A DNA stretch of 64,000 nt from Clostridia bacterium (GTDB lineage: Bacteria > Bacillota > Clostridia > Christensenellales > CAG-138). The stretch lies in NCBI GenBank assembly GCA_036677445.1, contig JAVBWI010000026.1, positions 271 to 64,270 on the forward strand. The letters run 5' to 3'. Both the position numbers and the translations under genes were made by a program. Numbering within the stretch: the first letter of the stretch is position 1; each line of letters opens with the position of its first letter. This document shows, piece after piece, positions 46,153 through 55,524 of the stretch. The notes beneath the pieces are model-generated. The model saw nothing but the letters and a program-made list of their open reading frames with translations. It searched no databases and was not told where the DNA came from.

Positions 46153-47022
46153 ATGCTCAGCAGAGGCTTGTTTAAAAAACCCAAGAATACGCTGGAGGCG
46201 GATGGGCGCCAGGAAAACGAGAAACAGCCCGCCGTTCCAGAGGAATTGTGCATGAAGTGCCCTTCCTGCAAGGCGATGCTGTTCCAGGGCGATTTGGTGT
46301 CAAACAGCCAGGTTTGCCCGCGCTGCGGCCAGTATTTCCGGATGAGCGCGCGGGAACGGCTCAACAGCGTTTGCGACGCGGATACATTCGTGGAGCATTT
46401 TTCCGAAATCGTCTCGGGCAACCCTTTGCAGTTTCCCGGGTACGAAAGGAAGCTTGAGCAGGCAAGGTCCGCAAGCGGCGAACCGGAAGGGGTTGTGTGC
46501 GGCACGGCGCGGATCGAAGGCAGCCCCTGCGCTGTGTTCGTAATGGAACCCAACTTCATGCTGGGCAGCATGGGTACGGCATTGGGGGAAAAAGTTACGC
46601 TGCTTTTTGAGCTGGCCGCGAAACAGAACCTGCCTGTCGTCGGGTTCACGGTATCCGGCGGGGCGCGCATGCAGGAAGGCATACTTTCGCTCATGCAGAT
46701 GGCAAAAACCAGCGGCGCGGTCAAAATGCACAGCGCGGCGGGGAACCTTTATATTTGCGTGCTGACGGACCCCACTACCGGCGGCGTCACCGCAAGCTTT
46801 GCCATGGAGGCGGATATCATACTGGCCGAACCCCGCGCGCTCATAGGCTTTGCGGGCCCGCGGGTCATCGAGCAGACAATACGGCAAAAGCTGCCCGAAC
46901 GCTTCCAGCGCGCGGAGTTTTTGCTGGAAAAGGGATTCGTCGACGCCATTGTGGAGCGTAAAGATATCAAACGGACGCTGGGCCGTCTGCTGCTGCTCCA
47001 CCAAAAGGAGGCGGCGATATGA
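46153..47022 (+). CDS. accD: acetyl-CoA carboxylase carboxyltransferase beta subunit
   Basis: N-terminal Zn ribbon CPSC...CPRCG, followed by the carboxyltransferase fold. Confidence 0.92.
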   Translation: MLSRGLFKKPKNTLEADGRQENEKQPAVPEELCMKCPSCKAMLFQGDLVSNSQVCPRCGQYFRMSARERLNSVCDADTFVEHFSEIVSGNPLQFPGYERKLEQARSASGEPEGVVCGTARIEGSPCAVFVMEPNFMLGSMGTALGEKVTLLFELAAKQNLPVVGFTVSGGARMQEGILSLMQMAKTSGAVKMHSAAGNLYICVLTDPTTGGVTASFAMEADIILAEPRALIGFAGPRVIEQTIRQKLPERFQRAEFLLEKGFVDAIVERKDIKRTLGRLLLLHQKEAAI

Positions 47023-47795
47023 GCGCAATGGATAAGGTGCGCGCGGCGCGCGCCAACGGCAGGCCGACCGGCCTGGATTTTATAGTAAACATATTTGAAG
47101 GGTTTATGGAGCTGCACGGCGACCGCCGCTACAGCGACGACAATGCCGTCGTTGCAGGCATTGCCAGCCTCAAAGGGCTGCCCGTAACGGTGATTGCGCT
47201 GGAAAAAGGGCATGATACTAAGGAAAAGATCATGCGGAACTTCGGCGCGGCGCATCCCGAAGGGTATCGCAAGGCGCTTCGCCAAATGAAGCTTGCGGAG
47301 AAGTTCCATCGCCCCATCGTTTGCTTTGTGGATACCGCCGGCGCTTACTGCGGCATTCAGGCGGAAGAACGGGGGCAGGGGCAGGCAATTGCGGAAAACC
47401 TGATGGAGATGATGTGGCTCAAAACGCCCGTACTGTCCGTTTTCATTGGCGAAGGCGGCAGCGGCGGCGCGCTGGCGCTGGCCGTGGCCGATGAGGTGTG
47501 GATGCTGGAAAACGCGGTATATTCGGTCATTTCCCCCGAGGGCTGCGCAAGCATCCTCTGGAAAGATCCCGCGAAAATGCAGGAAGCGGCGGAGAGCCTC
47601 AAGCTCACGGCCGACGATCTGTTGAGGCTTGGCGTCATCGAGCGCATCATCCCGGAAGGGGATGTATCCGGGATGTATGCGGAGCTTTCTGAAAAAATAT
47701 ATCAAACGCTGTGCACATACAGGGCAGGGGATATGCAAAACCTGGCCGAACGGCGCTACGCAAGATTTCGAAGCATGGGGGGAAACCAGCTATGA
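47019..47795 (+). CDS. accA: acetyl-CoA carboxylase carboxyltransferase alpha subunit
   Basis: Start overlaps the accD stop. Motifs FVDTAGAY and IGEGGSGGALA. Confidence 0.92.
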   Translation: MSAMDKVRAARANGRPTGLDFIVNIFEGFMELHGDRRYSDDNAVVAGIASLKGLPVTVIALEKGHDTKEKIMRNFGAAHPEGYRKALRQMKLAEKFHRPIVCFVDTAGAYCGIQAEERGQGQAIAENLMEMMWLKTPVLSVFIGEGGSGGALALAVADEVWMLENAVYSVISPEGCASILWKDPAKMQEAAESLKLTADDLLRLGVIERIIPEGDVSGMYAELSEKIYQTLCTYRAGDMQNLAERRYARFRSMGGNQL

Positions 47796-48616
47796 TGGCC
47801 ATCGTAACCGACAGCACGATTTGTATACCGCGCAGCGAGGCCGAAGCGATGGGGCTGTATATCGCATCCAACAGCTACAGCATACGAGGACAAGTGTACC
47901 TGGAAGGCTTCAGCGACGAAAACGGCGATTTTGAGCCGCGGATATTTGCTGAACCCGAACGCTGCAAAACTTCGCAGGCGGCGGTCGCGTCGTTTATACA
48001 GCTGTTTGAGGAGCTTGTGCGAAAGGGCATGGATGTATTGTGCCTGGTCATTTCCTCGCGTTTGAGCGGCACGTACAGCAGCGCCTGTATCGCGGCGCGG
48101 GAGGTGGATTCAGAAAGGATCGCGGTGGTGGATTCGCTTTCCACCTCGGGCGGGCTGTGGCTGCTCGCCAAAAGGGCGCGGGCTCTCTCCGAGCAGGGCC
48201 TTTCACTTATGCAGGTCGCAAGCAGGCTGGAACAGCTGCGCGATAAGGCGGGCATCGTTTTTTCCGTAAACGACATGGCGGCGCTCCGGCGCAGCGGGCG
48301 GCTGGGCGTCGTGCCCCAGTCGGTCGGGACGGTGCTCAATATCCGCCCCATACTCATGTGCATCCGGGGTGCGGTGGTGGCGCGCGGGCTGGTGCGCGGC
48401 AACGCGGAACGCATCCGGGCGCTGGTGAGCCGCGTGCCCGCCGATGCGAAGGAGATCGTCATACAGCACATGGGGGATCGTATGGCGGCCGAGCCGCTGT
48501 ACCAGGCCATTCGAAAGCGCTTTCCCGATATCGGCATACACATCAGCCGGTTGGGGCCCGTGCTGGGCATACACCTGGGGGCGGGCACGATAGGGATTTC
48601 CTGGATCACCGCGTAA
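47792..48616 (+). CDS. DegV-family fatty-acid-binding protein
   Basis: Start overlaps the accA stop (ATGA). N-terminus MMAIVTDSTICIP and the DegV fold pattern (ISSRLSGTYSSA). Confidence 0.85.
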   Translation: MMAIVTDSTICIPRSEAEAMGLYIASNSYSIRGQVYLEGFSDENGDFEPRIFAEPERCKTSQAAVASFIQLFEELVRKGMDVLCLVISSRLSGTYSSACIAAREVDSERIAVVDSLSTSGGLWLLAKRARALSEQGLSLMQVASRLEQLRDKAGIVFSVNDMAALRRSGRLGVVPQSVGTVLNIRPILMCIRGAVVARGLVRGNAERIRALVSRVPADAKEIVIQHMGDRMAAEPLYQAIRKRFPDIGIHISRLGPVLGIHLGAGTIGISWITA

Positions 48617-48634
48617 GGGTGCGGTTTATCCGTC

Positions 48635-48859
48635 ATAACGCTCCCGCGTTAGTTCGAATAGTTGAGCTGCTTGCCTGTGTTGGCCAGCAGCTTATTGCGT
48701 GCCGACAAAAGGCCAGTGGCACTTTGTAGAGGTTTACCGCGCAAGTATAATACAGGGATGGCGTATCTTCCACTCCAAATTCTGTGCAGGGAGCAAATCT
48801 GCCCTTCCAGGCGCCGATTGCCGCGCAAATAAACGCTCCCGCAGGTTGCCTGCGGGAGC
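48635..48859. repeat. probable degenerate third copy of the family-A hairpin element; its right end doubles as a minus-strand terminator
   Basis: CGACAAAAGGCCAGTGGCACTTTGT (48702-48726) resembles the 15-bp-stem module. GCGCCGATTGCCGCGCAAATAAACGCT (48811-48837) resembles 6641-6665, in the same order as copy 1. ATAACGCTCCCGC (48635-48647) recurs at 48829-48842. There is an 11-bp perfect stem at 48835-48859. Confidence 0.45.
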
Positions 48860-48916
48860 TGTTGGAAAGTCTATCAATTTAATGCGGCTTGGATGCCGCC
48901 GCGGGAACGAGGCATG

Positions 48917-49087
48917 CTATTCTCCCGATCCGCAGCCCTGCGCGGCAATCAATGCCAGCTGGTCGCCAATGGTTGTATACAGGGCGCTTAACAGTTGCAA
49001 TTCCTCTTCCGTAACACATTTGGATATTTCTATGGCGATGGCAGCGGCAATAAGCACCAGCTCAGGACCGGAACAGCTGCACAGCAT
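48917..49087 (-). CDS. small Cys-containing protein (DUF6774-like), below the ORF-track cutoff
   Basis: Hand translation gives MLCSCSGPELVLIAAAIAIEISKCVTEEELQLLSALYTTIGDQLALIAAQGCGSGE*. The ATG at 49087 lies 6 nt after GGGGGG (an in-frame ATG at 49093 also exists). A hairpin with a T-rich tail follows at 48835-48859. Confidence 0.5.
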   Translation of the reverse strand: MLCSCSGPELVLIAAAIAIEISKCVTEEELQLLSALYTTIGDQLALIAAQGCGSGE

Positions 49088-49182
49088 ATGCATCCCCCCT
49101 GCTTTAAAATATGCAAACGGATGCGGTGCGGTGCGGTTGCGGCGTCTTGAAGAGGAGCGCCAATTGCGCCGTGCGCAGCGGT

Positions 49183-49749
49183 CTATACGGGCAGTTCCCC
49201 GATGAGGCTGCGCATGGCGAGTATGGTGCGGGTAATGAGCGTATCGATATCCCAGCCCAGCATATCCGCGCCGCGCGCAATCACCTCCCGCGAGCAGCCC
49301 GCGGCAAAGTTTGGCGTCTTGTATTTCTTCTTGACGGATTTAAGCTCCATATCCGCAACGCTTTTTGAAGGGCGGAGTATGGCGACCGCGCCGATCAGGC
49401 CGGTCAGTTCATCCGTAGCATAGAGTATTTTTTCCATAATGTGTTCGGGGGCAATATCCACGGTCAGAGCATACCCGTGGCTTGCGGCCGCGCGGATGAT
49501 GCGTTCATCCAGTTCCAGTTCGCGCATGATCTGCTGCTGGCGGATGCAGTGTTCCTCGGGATACCGTTCAAAATCCAGGTCGTGCAGCAAACCCACTACC
49601 GCCCAAAAGTCTTCTTGCACAGGGTCATATTCTTTGGCAAAATACCGCATCACGCCCGAGACGATATGGGCGTGCAGAAGGTGGAACGGGTCCTGATTGT
49701 AACGCTTGAGTATCTCTTCGGCCTGCGCCGGTGTGGGGACGTAAGGCAT
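49183..49749 (-). CDS. HD-domain phosphohydrolase
   Basis: 188 aa with the HD motif region HAHIVSGV...GLLHDLD. Confidence 0.8.
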   Translation of the reverse strand: MPYVPTPAQAEEILKRYNQDPFHLLHAHIVSGVMRYFAKEYDPVQEDFWAVVGLLHDLDFERYPEEHCIRQQQIMRELELDERIIRAAASHGYALTVDIAPEHIMEKILYATDELTGLIGAVAILRPSKSVADMELKSVKKKYKTPNFAAGCSREVIARGADMLGWDIDTLITRTILAMRSLIGELPV

Positions 49750-49811
49750 TTTTCAGTTTCCTTTCGTAGGTTGCTGTTAAATTTTTATAGGGGGGAAGGG
49801 CTATCCGGCGG

Positions 49812-50657
49812 TTACTGCAGCTTCAGCCGGCGAAGCAGTTCGGGTATGCCCGCTTCAAAATTTACGCCGAAACGGACGTCTGTGCCCGCCTCACGGGTGC
49901 GGGCGATGCTTTGCACCGTATAATCCACCGCGAGCTGCGCCGATAGCCCAAGGTCGAGGCCGTTCAGAAGCCCCGAGAGCAGCGCGCTTGCGAACACATC
50001 GCCGGTACCGTGGTAAGAGCCCGCGATACGCTGCGAAAACGCGTAGCCGACGGTGTCCGTATCGCGGTCGTAAGCTGCGGCGCCAAGCTGTTCGCCGTCA
50101 AAATAAACGCCGGTCAGCACGACCTTGCGCGGCCCAAGCGCGCACAGGTCTTTTAATAGTTGCGTGATATACGCGGGCGTATACGGCCCTTCCCGGTACG
50201 GCTGGCCCAGCAGCAGCGCCGCCTCGGTCATGTTGGGTACGATCACGTCGGCTTTTGCGCAAAGCTTGCGCATGCCGACGGGAAAGTCCGAATCAAACAG
50301 CTTGTACAGCTCGCCGTTATCCGCCATCACGGGGTCGACCAATAGCAGCGTATCCGATGCCTTCAGGCGGCCGAACACCTCGCAGACGATGTCGATCTGC
50401 TCGAACGACCCCAGAAAGCCGGTATATATGGAGTCAAAATGCAGCCCGAGCGTCTGCCAATGGGAAACGATGGGCAATATATCTTCCGTCAGGTCCCGGT
50501 AGGTATACCCGGTAAATCCGCCTGTGTGCGTGGAAAGCACGGCGGTGGGGATGACGCTTGTCTCGATGCCGGCGGCGGAAAGTATGGGCAGCGCAACGGT
50601 CAGTGAACATTTTCCCACGCAGGAGATGTCGTGTATGGCGGCGACTCGTTTTTGCAT
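49812..50657 (-). CDS. pdxK: pyridoxal/pyridoxine/pyridoxamine kinase
   Basis: Start at MQKRVAAIHDISCVGKCSL (50657). Ribokinase-like fold with the YTGFLGS and GTGD motifs. Confidence 0.85.
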   Translation of the reverse strand: MQKRVAAIHDISCVGKCSLTVALPILSAAGIETSVIPTAVLSTHTGGFTGYTYRDLTEDILPIVSHWQTLGLHFDSIYTGFLGSFEQIDIVCEVFGRLKASDTLLLVDPVMADNGELYKLFDSDFPVGMRKLCAKADVIVPNMTEAALLLGQPYREGPYTPAYITQLLKDLCALGPRKVVLTGVYFDGEQLGAAAYDRDTDTVGYAFSQRIAGSYHGTGDVFASALLSGLLNGLDLGLSAQLAVDYTVQSIARTREAGTDVRFGVNFEAGIPELLRRLKLQ

Positions 50658-50769
50658 AGGGCTGTGTATCCTCCGAATTTTATTAGCCGTAATGTAACGG
50701 TACAAACACCTTATTTCATACGGGTATTATAGCAATTAAGAAAGCGTTTGTACAGCGCAGACGCGCCCA

Positions 50770-51261
50770 TCAATGCACGTCATATTGCATGATGACGACA
50801 CTTCTTGGCCGATTATCCAGCGTACCGACGTTTTTCAATATGCCTGCATAATAAAAGCCGTACTTTTCGTGAAAGCGGACGGAATTTTTGTTCTCATCGT
50901 CGATCCATGCCGTTACGACGCGGAGCCCGTTTTGATGCGCGCGTACGAGCAGCGCGCGCATGAGCGTGCCGCCATACCCTTTGCATGCGTGTCCGGGCGC
51001 GACGTAGATGCTGTTTTCCGCTGTGTCTTTGTAGCCGCTGTACGGGCGGAAGCCGGAAAGGGACGCATAACCTGCGACTATTCCATCCTCCTCCGCGATG
51101 AGCGCAGCGTAGGGCGGCGTGCTGTGGGTAAAGAGCCACGCCTGCATGTCCGTATCCGTCAGAAGCGTTCTGTCCCAAATGTGGTTCGTGTTTTGCCGGT
51201 AATAATCCATGATCGCCTGCAGCGCACCCAAATCCCCGGCTGCGGCGTCGCGTATCAGCAT
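50770..51261 (-). CDS. GNAT-family N-acetyltransferase (phosphinothricin-acetyltransferase-like)
   Basis: 163 aa with an acetyl-CoA binding segment (KGYGGTLMRALL) and a PAT-like N-terminal half. Confidence 0.85.
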   Translation of the reverse strand: MLIRDAAAGDLGALQAIMDYYRQNTNHIWDRTLLTDTDMQAWLFTHSTPPYAALIAEEDGIVAGYASLSGFRPYSGYKDTAENSIYVAPGHACKGYGGTLMRALLVRAHQNGLRVVTAWIDDENKNSVRFHEKYGFYYAGILKNVGTLDNRPRSVVIMQYDVH

Positions 51262-51293
51262 GGCTCGTTTCCCCCCTGTATCCTATACTCGGG

Positions 51294-52049
51294 CTACCGT
51301 CCCGCGATATCTTTAATGACCTCGCCCGCAAGTATCAACCCCGCGACGGAAGGCACGAACGCCACGCTGCCGGGCACCTGCCGCCGTATGGTGCATTTTC
51401 GTTTGGTATCCGGCGGGCATATACAGTGGCTTTTGCAGCTGCTGCTTTCATCCTCTATGGGCGTGATGACTTCCTCTTTGGAATACACAACCTTGAGCGC
51501 GGGGATATTCCGCGCCCGGAGCTCCCGCCGCATCACCCGCGCGAGCGGGCAGACGGAGGTTTGATATATGTCGGCTACCTCAAAGCGGGTGGGGTCCAGC
51601 TTGTTGCCCGCTCCCATGCTGCTGATGATGGGAACGCCAGCCGCATACGCGTTTTCGATCAGCGTGAGCTTGGAGGATACCGTGTCGATCGCGTCGATGA
51701 TATAGCTGTACCGCGTCAGGTCATATTCCCCGGCGTTTGCGGCGGCGTAAAAGCACTCGTTTGCCTCCACGATGCACTGTGGGTTGATATCCAGTATGCG
51801 TTCTCGCATGACCTCCACTTTTTTACGCCCGACCGTCTTTCTGGTTGCGATCAGCTGCCGGTTGATGTTGGTCAGGCATACGCAGTCGTCGTCGAACAAC
51901 GCGATCCTGCCCACGCCGCTGCGCGCGAGCGCCTCGGCTGCGAACGCGCCGACCCCGCCGATGCCGAACACCGCCACTGCGGCTTGCTTCAGGTTTTCCA
52001 TCGCTGCCTTGCCCAGCAGCAGTTCCGTTCTTGAAAAAGAATTCAGCAT
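51294..52049 (-). CDS. tcdA: tRNA threonylcarbamoyladenosine dehydratase (ThiF/E1-like)
   Basis: FGIGGVGAFAAEALARSGVG Rossmann motif, NINRQ, and a TcdA-type C-terminus. Confidence 0.85.
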   Translation of the reverse strand: MLNSFSRTELLLGKAAMENLKQAAVAVFGIGGVGAFAAEALARSGVGRIALFDDDCVCLTNINRQLIATRKTVGRKKVEVMRERILDINPQCIVEANECFYAAANAGEYDLTRYSYIIDAIDTVSSKLTLIENAYAAGVPIISSMGAGNKLDPTRFEVADIYQTSVCPLARVMRRELRARNIPALKVVYSKEEVITPIEDESSSCKSHCICPPDTKRKCTIRRQVPGSVAFVPSVAGLILAGEVIKDIAGR

Positions 52050-52139
52050 ATCGTTCCTTATAAATAATCAGTCCGCGCGGCATGCGCCGCCGGGCGGAAT
52101 AAATATTCTGTCATCAGTATGGCCGGATGCGGCCTTATA

Positions 52140-52412
52140 TTATCGCAGCGCCTCGGGCTGTACGGGCACAGGACCAGCTTGCGTTACATGGTATAGGCGG
52201 TAGGCCTGCGCGGATACCGGAAAGCCGCCGCAGAGCAACTGTTTGAGCGCGGCGAAATCATTCGCTTCCACACGCAGCGAAATGCCGCAGCTTGCGGTAA
52301 CCGACCTTAGCGTGGGCATGGTGCATACGCCCAGGCGCGCGGCTAAATACCGCTCGGCGCTGATGGCCTGATGGGTGGAATCAAAAGAGATCATATAGTA
52401 ATCCGCCGTACG
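52140..52412 (-). CDS. DUF3343 domain protein
   Basis: The core YYMISFDSTHQAISAERYL...CGISL matches DUF3343. The start is proposed at the TTG at 52412, 7 nt after GGGAGGG, because the first ATG would remove the conserved first strand. Confidence 0.6.
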   Translation of the reverse strand, partial: RTADYYMISFDSTHQAISAERYLAARLGVCTMPTLRSVTASCGISLRVEANDFAALKQLLCGGFPVSAQAYRLYHVTQAGPVPVQPEALR

Positions 52413-52649
52413 CAAATATTCTTCCCTCCCGTTGTGCTTGAGTATAGCATGTGAAACCGGTATTGACAATGCGCACGGGCCAGGCGTGCGATAACGGAAA
52501 ACACCTCCGATTGGCTGCATAAGCCGCGCTATCTGTTCGTATTCCACGCGAAAATTCGCGCTTCATAATTTCCACACAACGCGCTGATACCATATGACCT
52601 GACAAAGAAGCATGGGCATGGTACATGTACAAGAAAGGAAGAAAAAGAT

Positions 52650-53198
52650 ATGTTCCAATCAAAATTTCAGAAAAAGCGCGCAAATAAAAAGCGAATACTT
52701 GTTGCCGTTGTTCTCATTGCGGGTATGTTTGTATTAGGCGGATGTTCGCTGCCCGCAGGCAAACCGGCACAGAGCGGTACGGCCGCGGCTTCTGTGCCCG
52801 CGGCGGAGATAGGCAAGCCCGAACCATCGGCCGCGGCACAGGATCTTTTGATCCCCGTCGCCGGTATAACGGATCAGCCGGCGTTTTATCCGTATACTGC
52901 GAATGGACGGGATATGGAAATACTCGCGGTCACGGCATCCGACGGCACCGTCCGTACGGCGTTCAACACCTGCCAGGTTTGCTACGGCTCCGGCCGCGGG
53001 TATTACAAGGTGGACGGCGAGGAGCTGGTTTGTCAGAACTGCGGCAACCGCTTTGGCTTTGACCAGGTGGCGCTTAAACAGGGCGGCTGCAACCCCGTAC
53101 CCATTGCGGAAGAAGACCGGTCGGAGGTTGACGGGAACATCGTGATTTCCGCTTCGTATCTCAATACGGCCTCGGTACTGTTTGAAAACTGGAAGTAA
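52650..53198 (+). CDS. DUF2318-like lipoprotein with Cys-rich (Zn/Fe-binding) domain
   Basis: Lipobox VLGGCS, and motifs CQVCYGSGRGYY...CQNCGNRF...GGCNPVPI. Confidence 0.7.
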   Translation: MFQSKFQKKRANKKRILVAVVLIAGMFVLGGCSLPAGKPAQSGTAAASVPAAEIGKPEPSAAAQDLLIPVAGITDQPAFYPYTANGRDMEILAVTASDGTVRTAFNTCQVCYGSGRGYYKVDGEELVCQNCGNRFGFDQVALKQGGCNPVPIAEEDRSEVDGNIVISASYLNTASVLFENWK

Positions 53199-53301
53199 AA
53201 AAGCTAACATAAACCGGCGGGAGCGGGCGCAGGCGGCGAACGGCATGCGCAGCCGCAGTCTGGGGTAGGATAGCGACAGAATGCCTTGAAGGAGGCGCGC
53301 C

Positions 53302-53994
53302 ATGACGCAGCAGACCATACTGGTGGTGGATGATGAAGAAAAGATCGTGGAGATTGTAAAGTCCTACCTGGAAGCGGCGGGCTACGGCGTGGTTTGCGCT
53401 TACGACGGGGAGGAGGCGCTGCGCCTGTTCGAACAGCATGCGCCCGCCCTCGTGGTGCTCGACCTCATGCTGCCCGGCCTTTCCGGCGAGGCGGTATGCG
53501 AGGCCATACGCAAGCGGTCACGTACGCCCATTATCATGCTCACCGCAAAGGTGGAGGAAAGCAGCATCATCGGCGGCCTGCACCTGGGCGCGGACGATTA
53601 TGTGGTCAAACCCTTCAGCCCCCGCCAGCTCATGGCGCGGATAGAAGCCGTGCTGCGCCGCGCCGCGGGCGATGCCGCATTGTATCGCGCATTATCCTTT
53701 GGCGGGGGCGACCTTATCATCGACGACGCGCGGCATGAGGTACGCAAGCGCGGCTTACGCGTGCCACTTACGCCTACGGAGTTCAATATTCTTTTCACCA
53801 TGGCAAAGCACCCTACCAAAATATTCACGCGGGAGGAACTGATTGCCATCGCGATGGAGGAAGATTACGCCGGCTATGACCGGGTGATCGACACGCACAT
53901 CAAGAACATCCGGCACAAGATAGAGGATAACCCAAGAAACGCCGTATATATAAAGACCGTGCACGGCGTCGGCTATACGTTTGGCGGTGAATAG
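53302..53994 (+). CDS. OmpR/PhoB-family response regulator
   Basis: Receiver domain (VVDDEE, LDLMLPG) followed by a winged-helix output (LTPTEFNILFTMAKHP...VHGVGY). Confidence 0.9.
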   Translation: MTQQTILVVDDEEKIVEIVKSYLEAAGYGVVCAYDGEEALRLFEQHAPALVVLDLMLPGLSGEAVCEAIRKRSRTPIIMLTAKVEESSIIGGLHLGADDYVVKPFSPRQLMARIEAVLRRAAGDAALYRALSFGGGDLIIDDARHEVRKRGLRVPLTPTEFNILFTMAKHPTKIFTREELIAIAMEEDYAGYDRVIDTHIKNIRHKIEDNPRNAVYIKTVHGVGYTFGGE

Positions 53995-53995
53995 T

Positions 53996-55390
53996 ATGAA
54001 AATGCGTTCGTTACGGGCACGGCTCTCGTTTTCCTACGCGCTGATCGCGCTGCTTTTGGTGGCGTCGGTCAGCCTTTTTTCCAACCTCTTTTTGCAGGAC
54101 GCATTTGTGGAATATGTGATCCGTCAGCAGCTCAATAAGAACGAGGCGATGGTCTCGCAGCTTGCACAGCGGTATGACCAAGAAACAGAGGCCTATGACG
54201 CTTACGCGCTGGAATCCATCGGCATGAACGCGCTGGAGCAGGGCATGATTTTGCGGGTAAAGGATTCCTCCGGCGCTGTGGTATGGGATGCCATGATCCA
54301 CAACGGCGGCCTGTGCAACCAAATGCTGCAAAACATGGCGCAAAGCATGCAAAACCGCTATCCCAGCTTTCAAGGCGCTTATGAAGAAAAGAGCTACGCC
54401 ATTACGGCGGGCGGCGCCGACGCGGGCAGCGTACAGATCGGCTACTACGGCCCCTATTACTTCACCGACAGCGACTTTGCGTTTATCGATACGCTCAACC
54501 GCGCGCTCCTCGTCATAGGCATATTTTCCCTCGCGTTTGCGGGGGCGCTGGGCTTTTTTATGGCGCGGCGCATCAGCCGCCCCATTTCGCAGGCGATTGG
54601 CGCAGCCGGGCGCATTGCGGCGGGCAATTACAGGGATAAGATCGATGTGCGCGCCGATACGCGGGAACTGGACGGCCTGGTGCAATCCATCAACCGGCTT
54701 TCCGGCGCCCTCGAAGAGCAGGATATGCTGCGCAAGCGACTGACCGCGGATATCGCGCATGAATTGCGCACGCCGCTTACCGCGCTGCAGGGGAATATGG
54801 AAGCGCTGATCGACGGCGTATGGCAGCCGGAGCAGCGGCGGTTTTTAAGCTGCCACGAAGAGATCCTGCGGCTCAACCGGCTTATTAACGATTTGGAAAA
54901 CCTTTCCCGGCTGGAAAACCATACGGAAGCGCCGGTAATGACCGAATTCGATCTCTATGCGCTTGCGGAAAAAGCGGCGGCAAGCTTTGAACTCGCCTGC
55001 CGTGAAAAGAATCAGAAGCTCACGGTGCAGGGTTCCTCTCTTCAGGTAAAGGCCGATGAAAGCAAGCTTTTTCAGGTGCTTTCTAACTTGATTGCCAACA
55101 GCGTGAAGTACACGCCCGCGGGCGGCGAAATCACCGTCAACGTCGAAAAAGAAGCGGGATATGCTTCCTTGAGCGTACAGGATACCGGCATAGGCATCGC
55201 GCCGGAGGATATTCCCTATGTGTTCGAACGTTTTTACAGGGCGGATACCTCGCGCAGCAGCCGCACAGGCGGCATAGGCGTGGGGCTTGCTATCGTGAAG
55301 GCTATTGTGGATATGCACGGCGGCACCATCGGCGTACAGAGCAAGCTTGGCCGGGGTTCCATCTTTACAGTTCGCCTGCCGCGTGAGTAA
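53996..55390 (+). CDS. sensor histidine kinase (TM-sensor-TM-HAMP-HisKA-HATPase_c)
   Basis: ATG is 2 nt after the regulator's stop. H-box ADIAHELRTPLT, plus the N, G1 and G2 boxes. Confidence 0.9.
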   Translation: MKMRSLRARLSFSYALIALLLVASVSLFSNLFLQDAFVEYVIRQQLNKNEAMVSQLAQRYDQETEAYDAYALESIGMNALEQGMILRVKDSSGAVVWDAMIHNGGLCNQMLQNMAQSMQNRYPSFQGAYEEKSYAITAGGADAGSVQIGYYGPYYFTDSDFAFIDTLNRALLVIGIFSLAFAGALGFFMARRISRPISQAIGAAGRIAAGNYRDKIDVRADTRELDGLVQSINRLSGALEEQDMLRKRLTADIAHELRTPLTALQGNMEALIDGVWQPEQRRFLSCHEEILRLNRLINDLENLSRLENHTEAPVMTEFDLYALAEKAAASFELACREKNQKLTVQGSSLQVKADESKLFQVLSNLIANSVKYTPAGGEITVNVEKEAGYASLSVQDTGIGIAPEDIPYVFERFYRADTSRSSRTGGIGVGLAIVKAIVDMHGGTIGVQSKLGRGSIFTVRLPRE

Positions 55391-55524
55391 GCCGTTGTGA
55401 AAACGGACGCGTAGCATAGCCGAAAAGCGCATCGCGCCGGAAAACCGGGGCTAGACAAAAATCGTGAAACATCGGCATAGGCCGTATGCTATACTATATA
55501 TATCACACAGATGGAGGAATGTAT

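Noticed and set aside
39778-48636. Many long antisense or off-frame ORFs across the fab-acc-degV block (for example 39778-40632, 42170-43129, 43074-43895, 44722-45435, 46749-47738 and 47875-48636, all minus strand)
   Set aside because: These are typical shadow ORFs of high-GC coding DNA. The sense-strand products all carry textbook Fab/Acc motifs, whereas the antisense translations are Arg/Ala/Gly-rich with no motifs.
48723-48751. Promoter-like TTGTAG-16-TATAAT that might drive a small RNA
   Set aside because: It sits inside what looks like a decayed copy of the family-A repeat. Nothing recognisable lies downstream. The only nearby hairpin has its T-tail on the opposite strand.
48699-49205. 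168-aa plus-strand ORF
   Set aside because: It has no RBS, runs through a hairpin or terminator, and is antisense to a better-supported small ORF and to the 3' end of the HD-domain gene.
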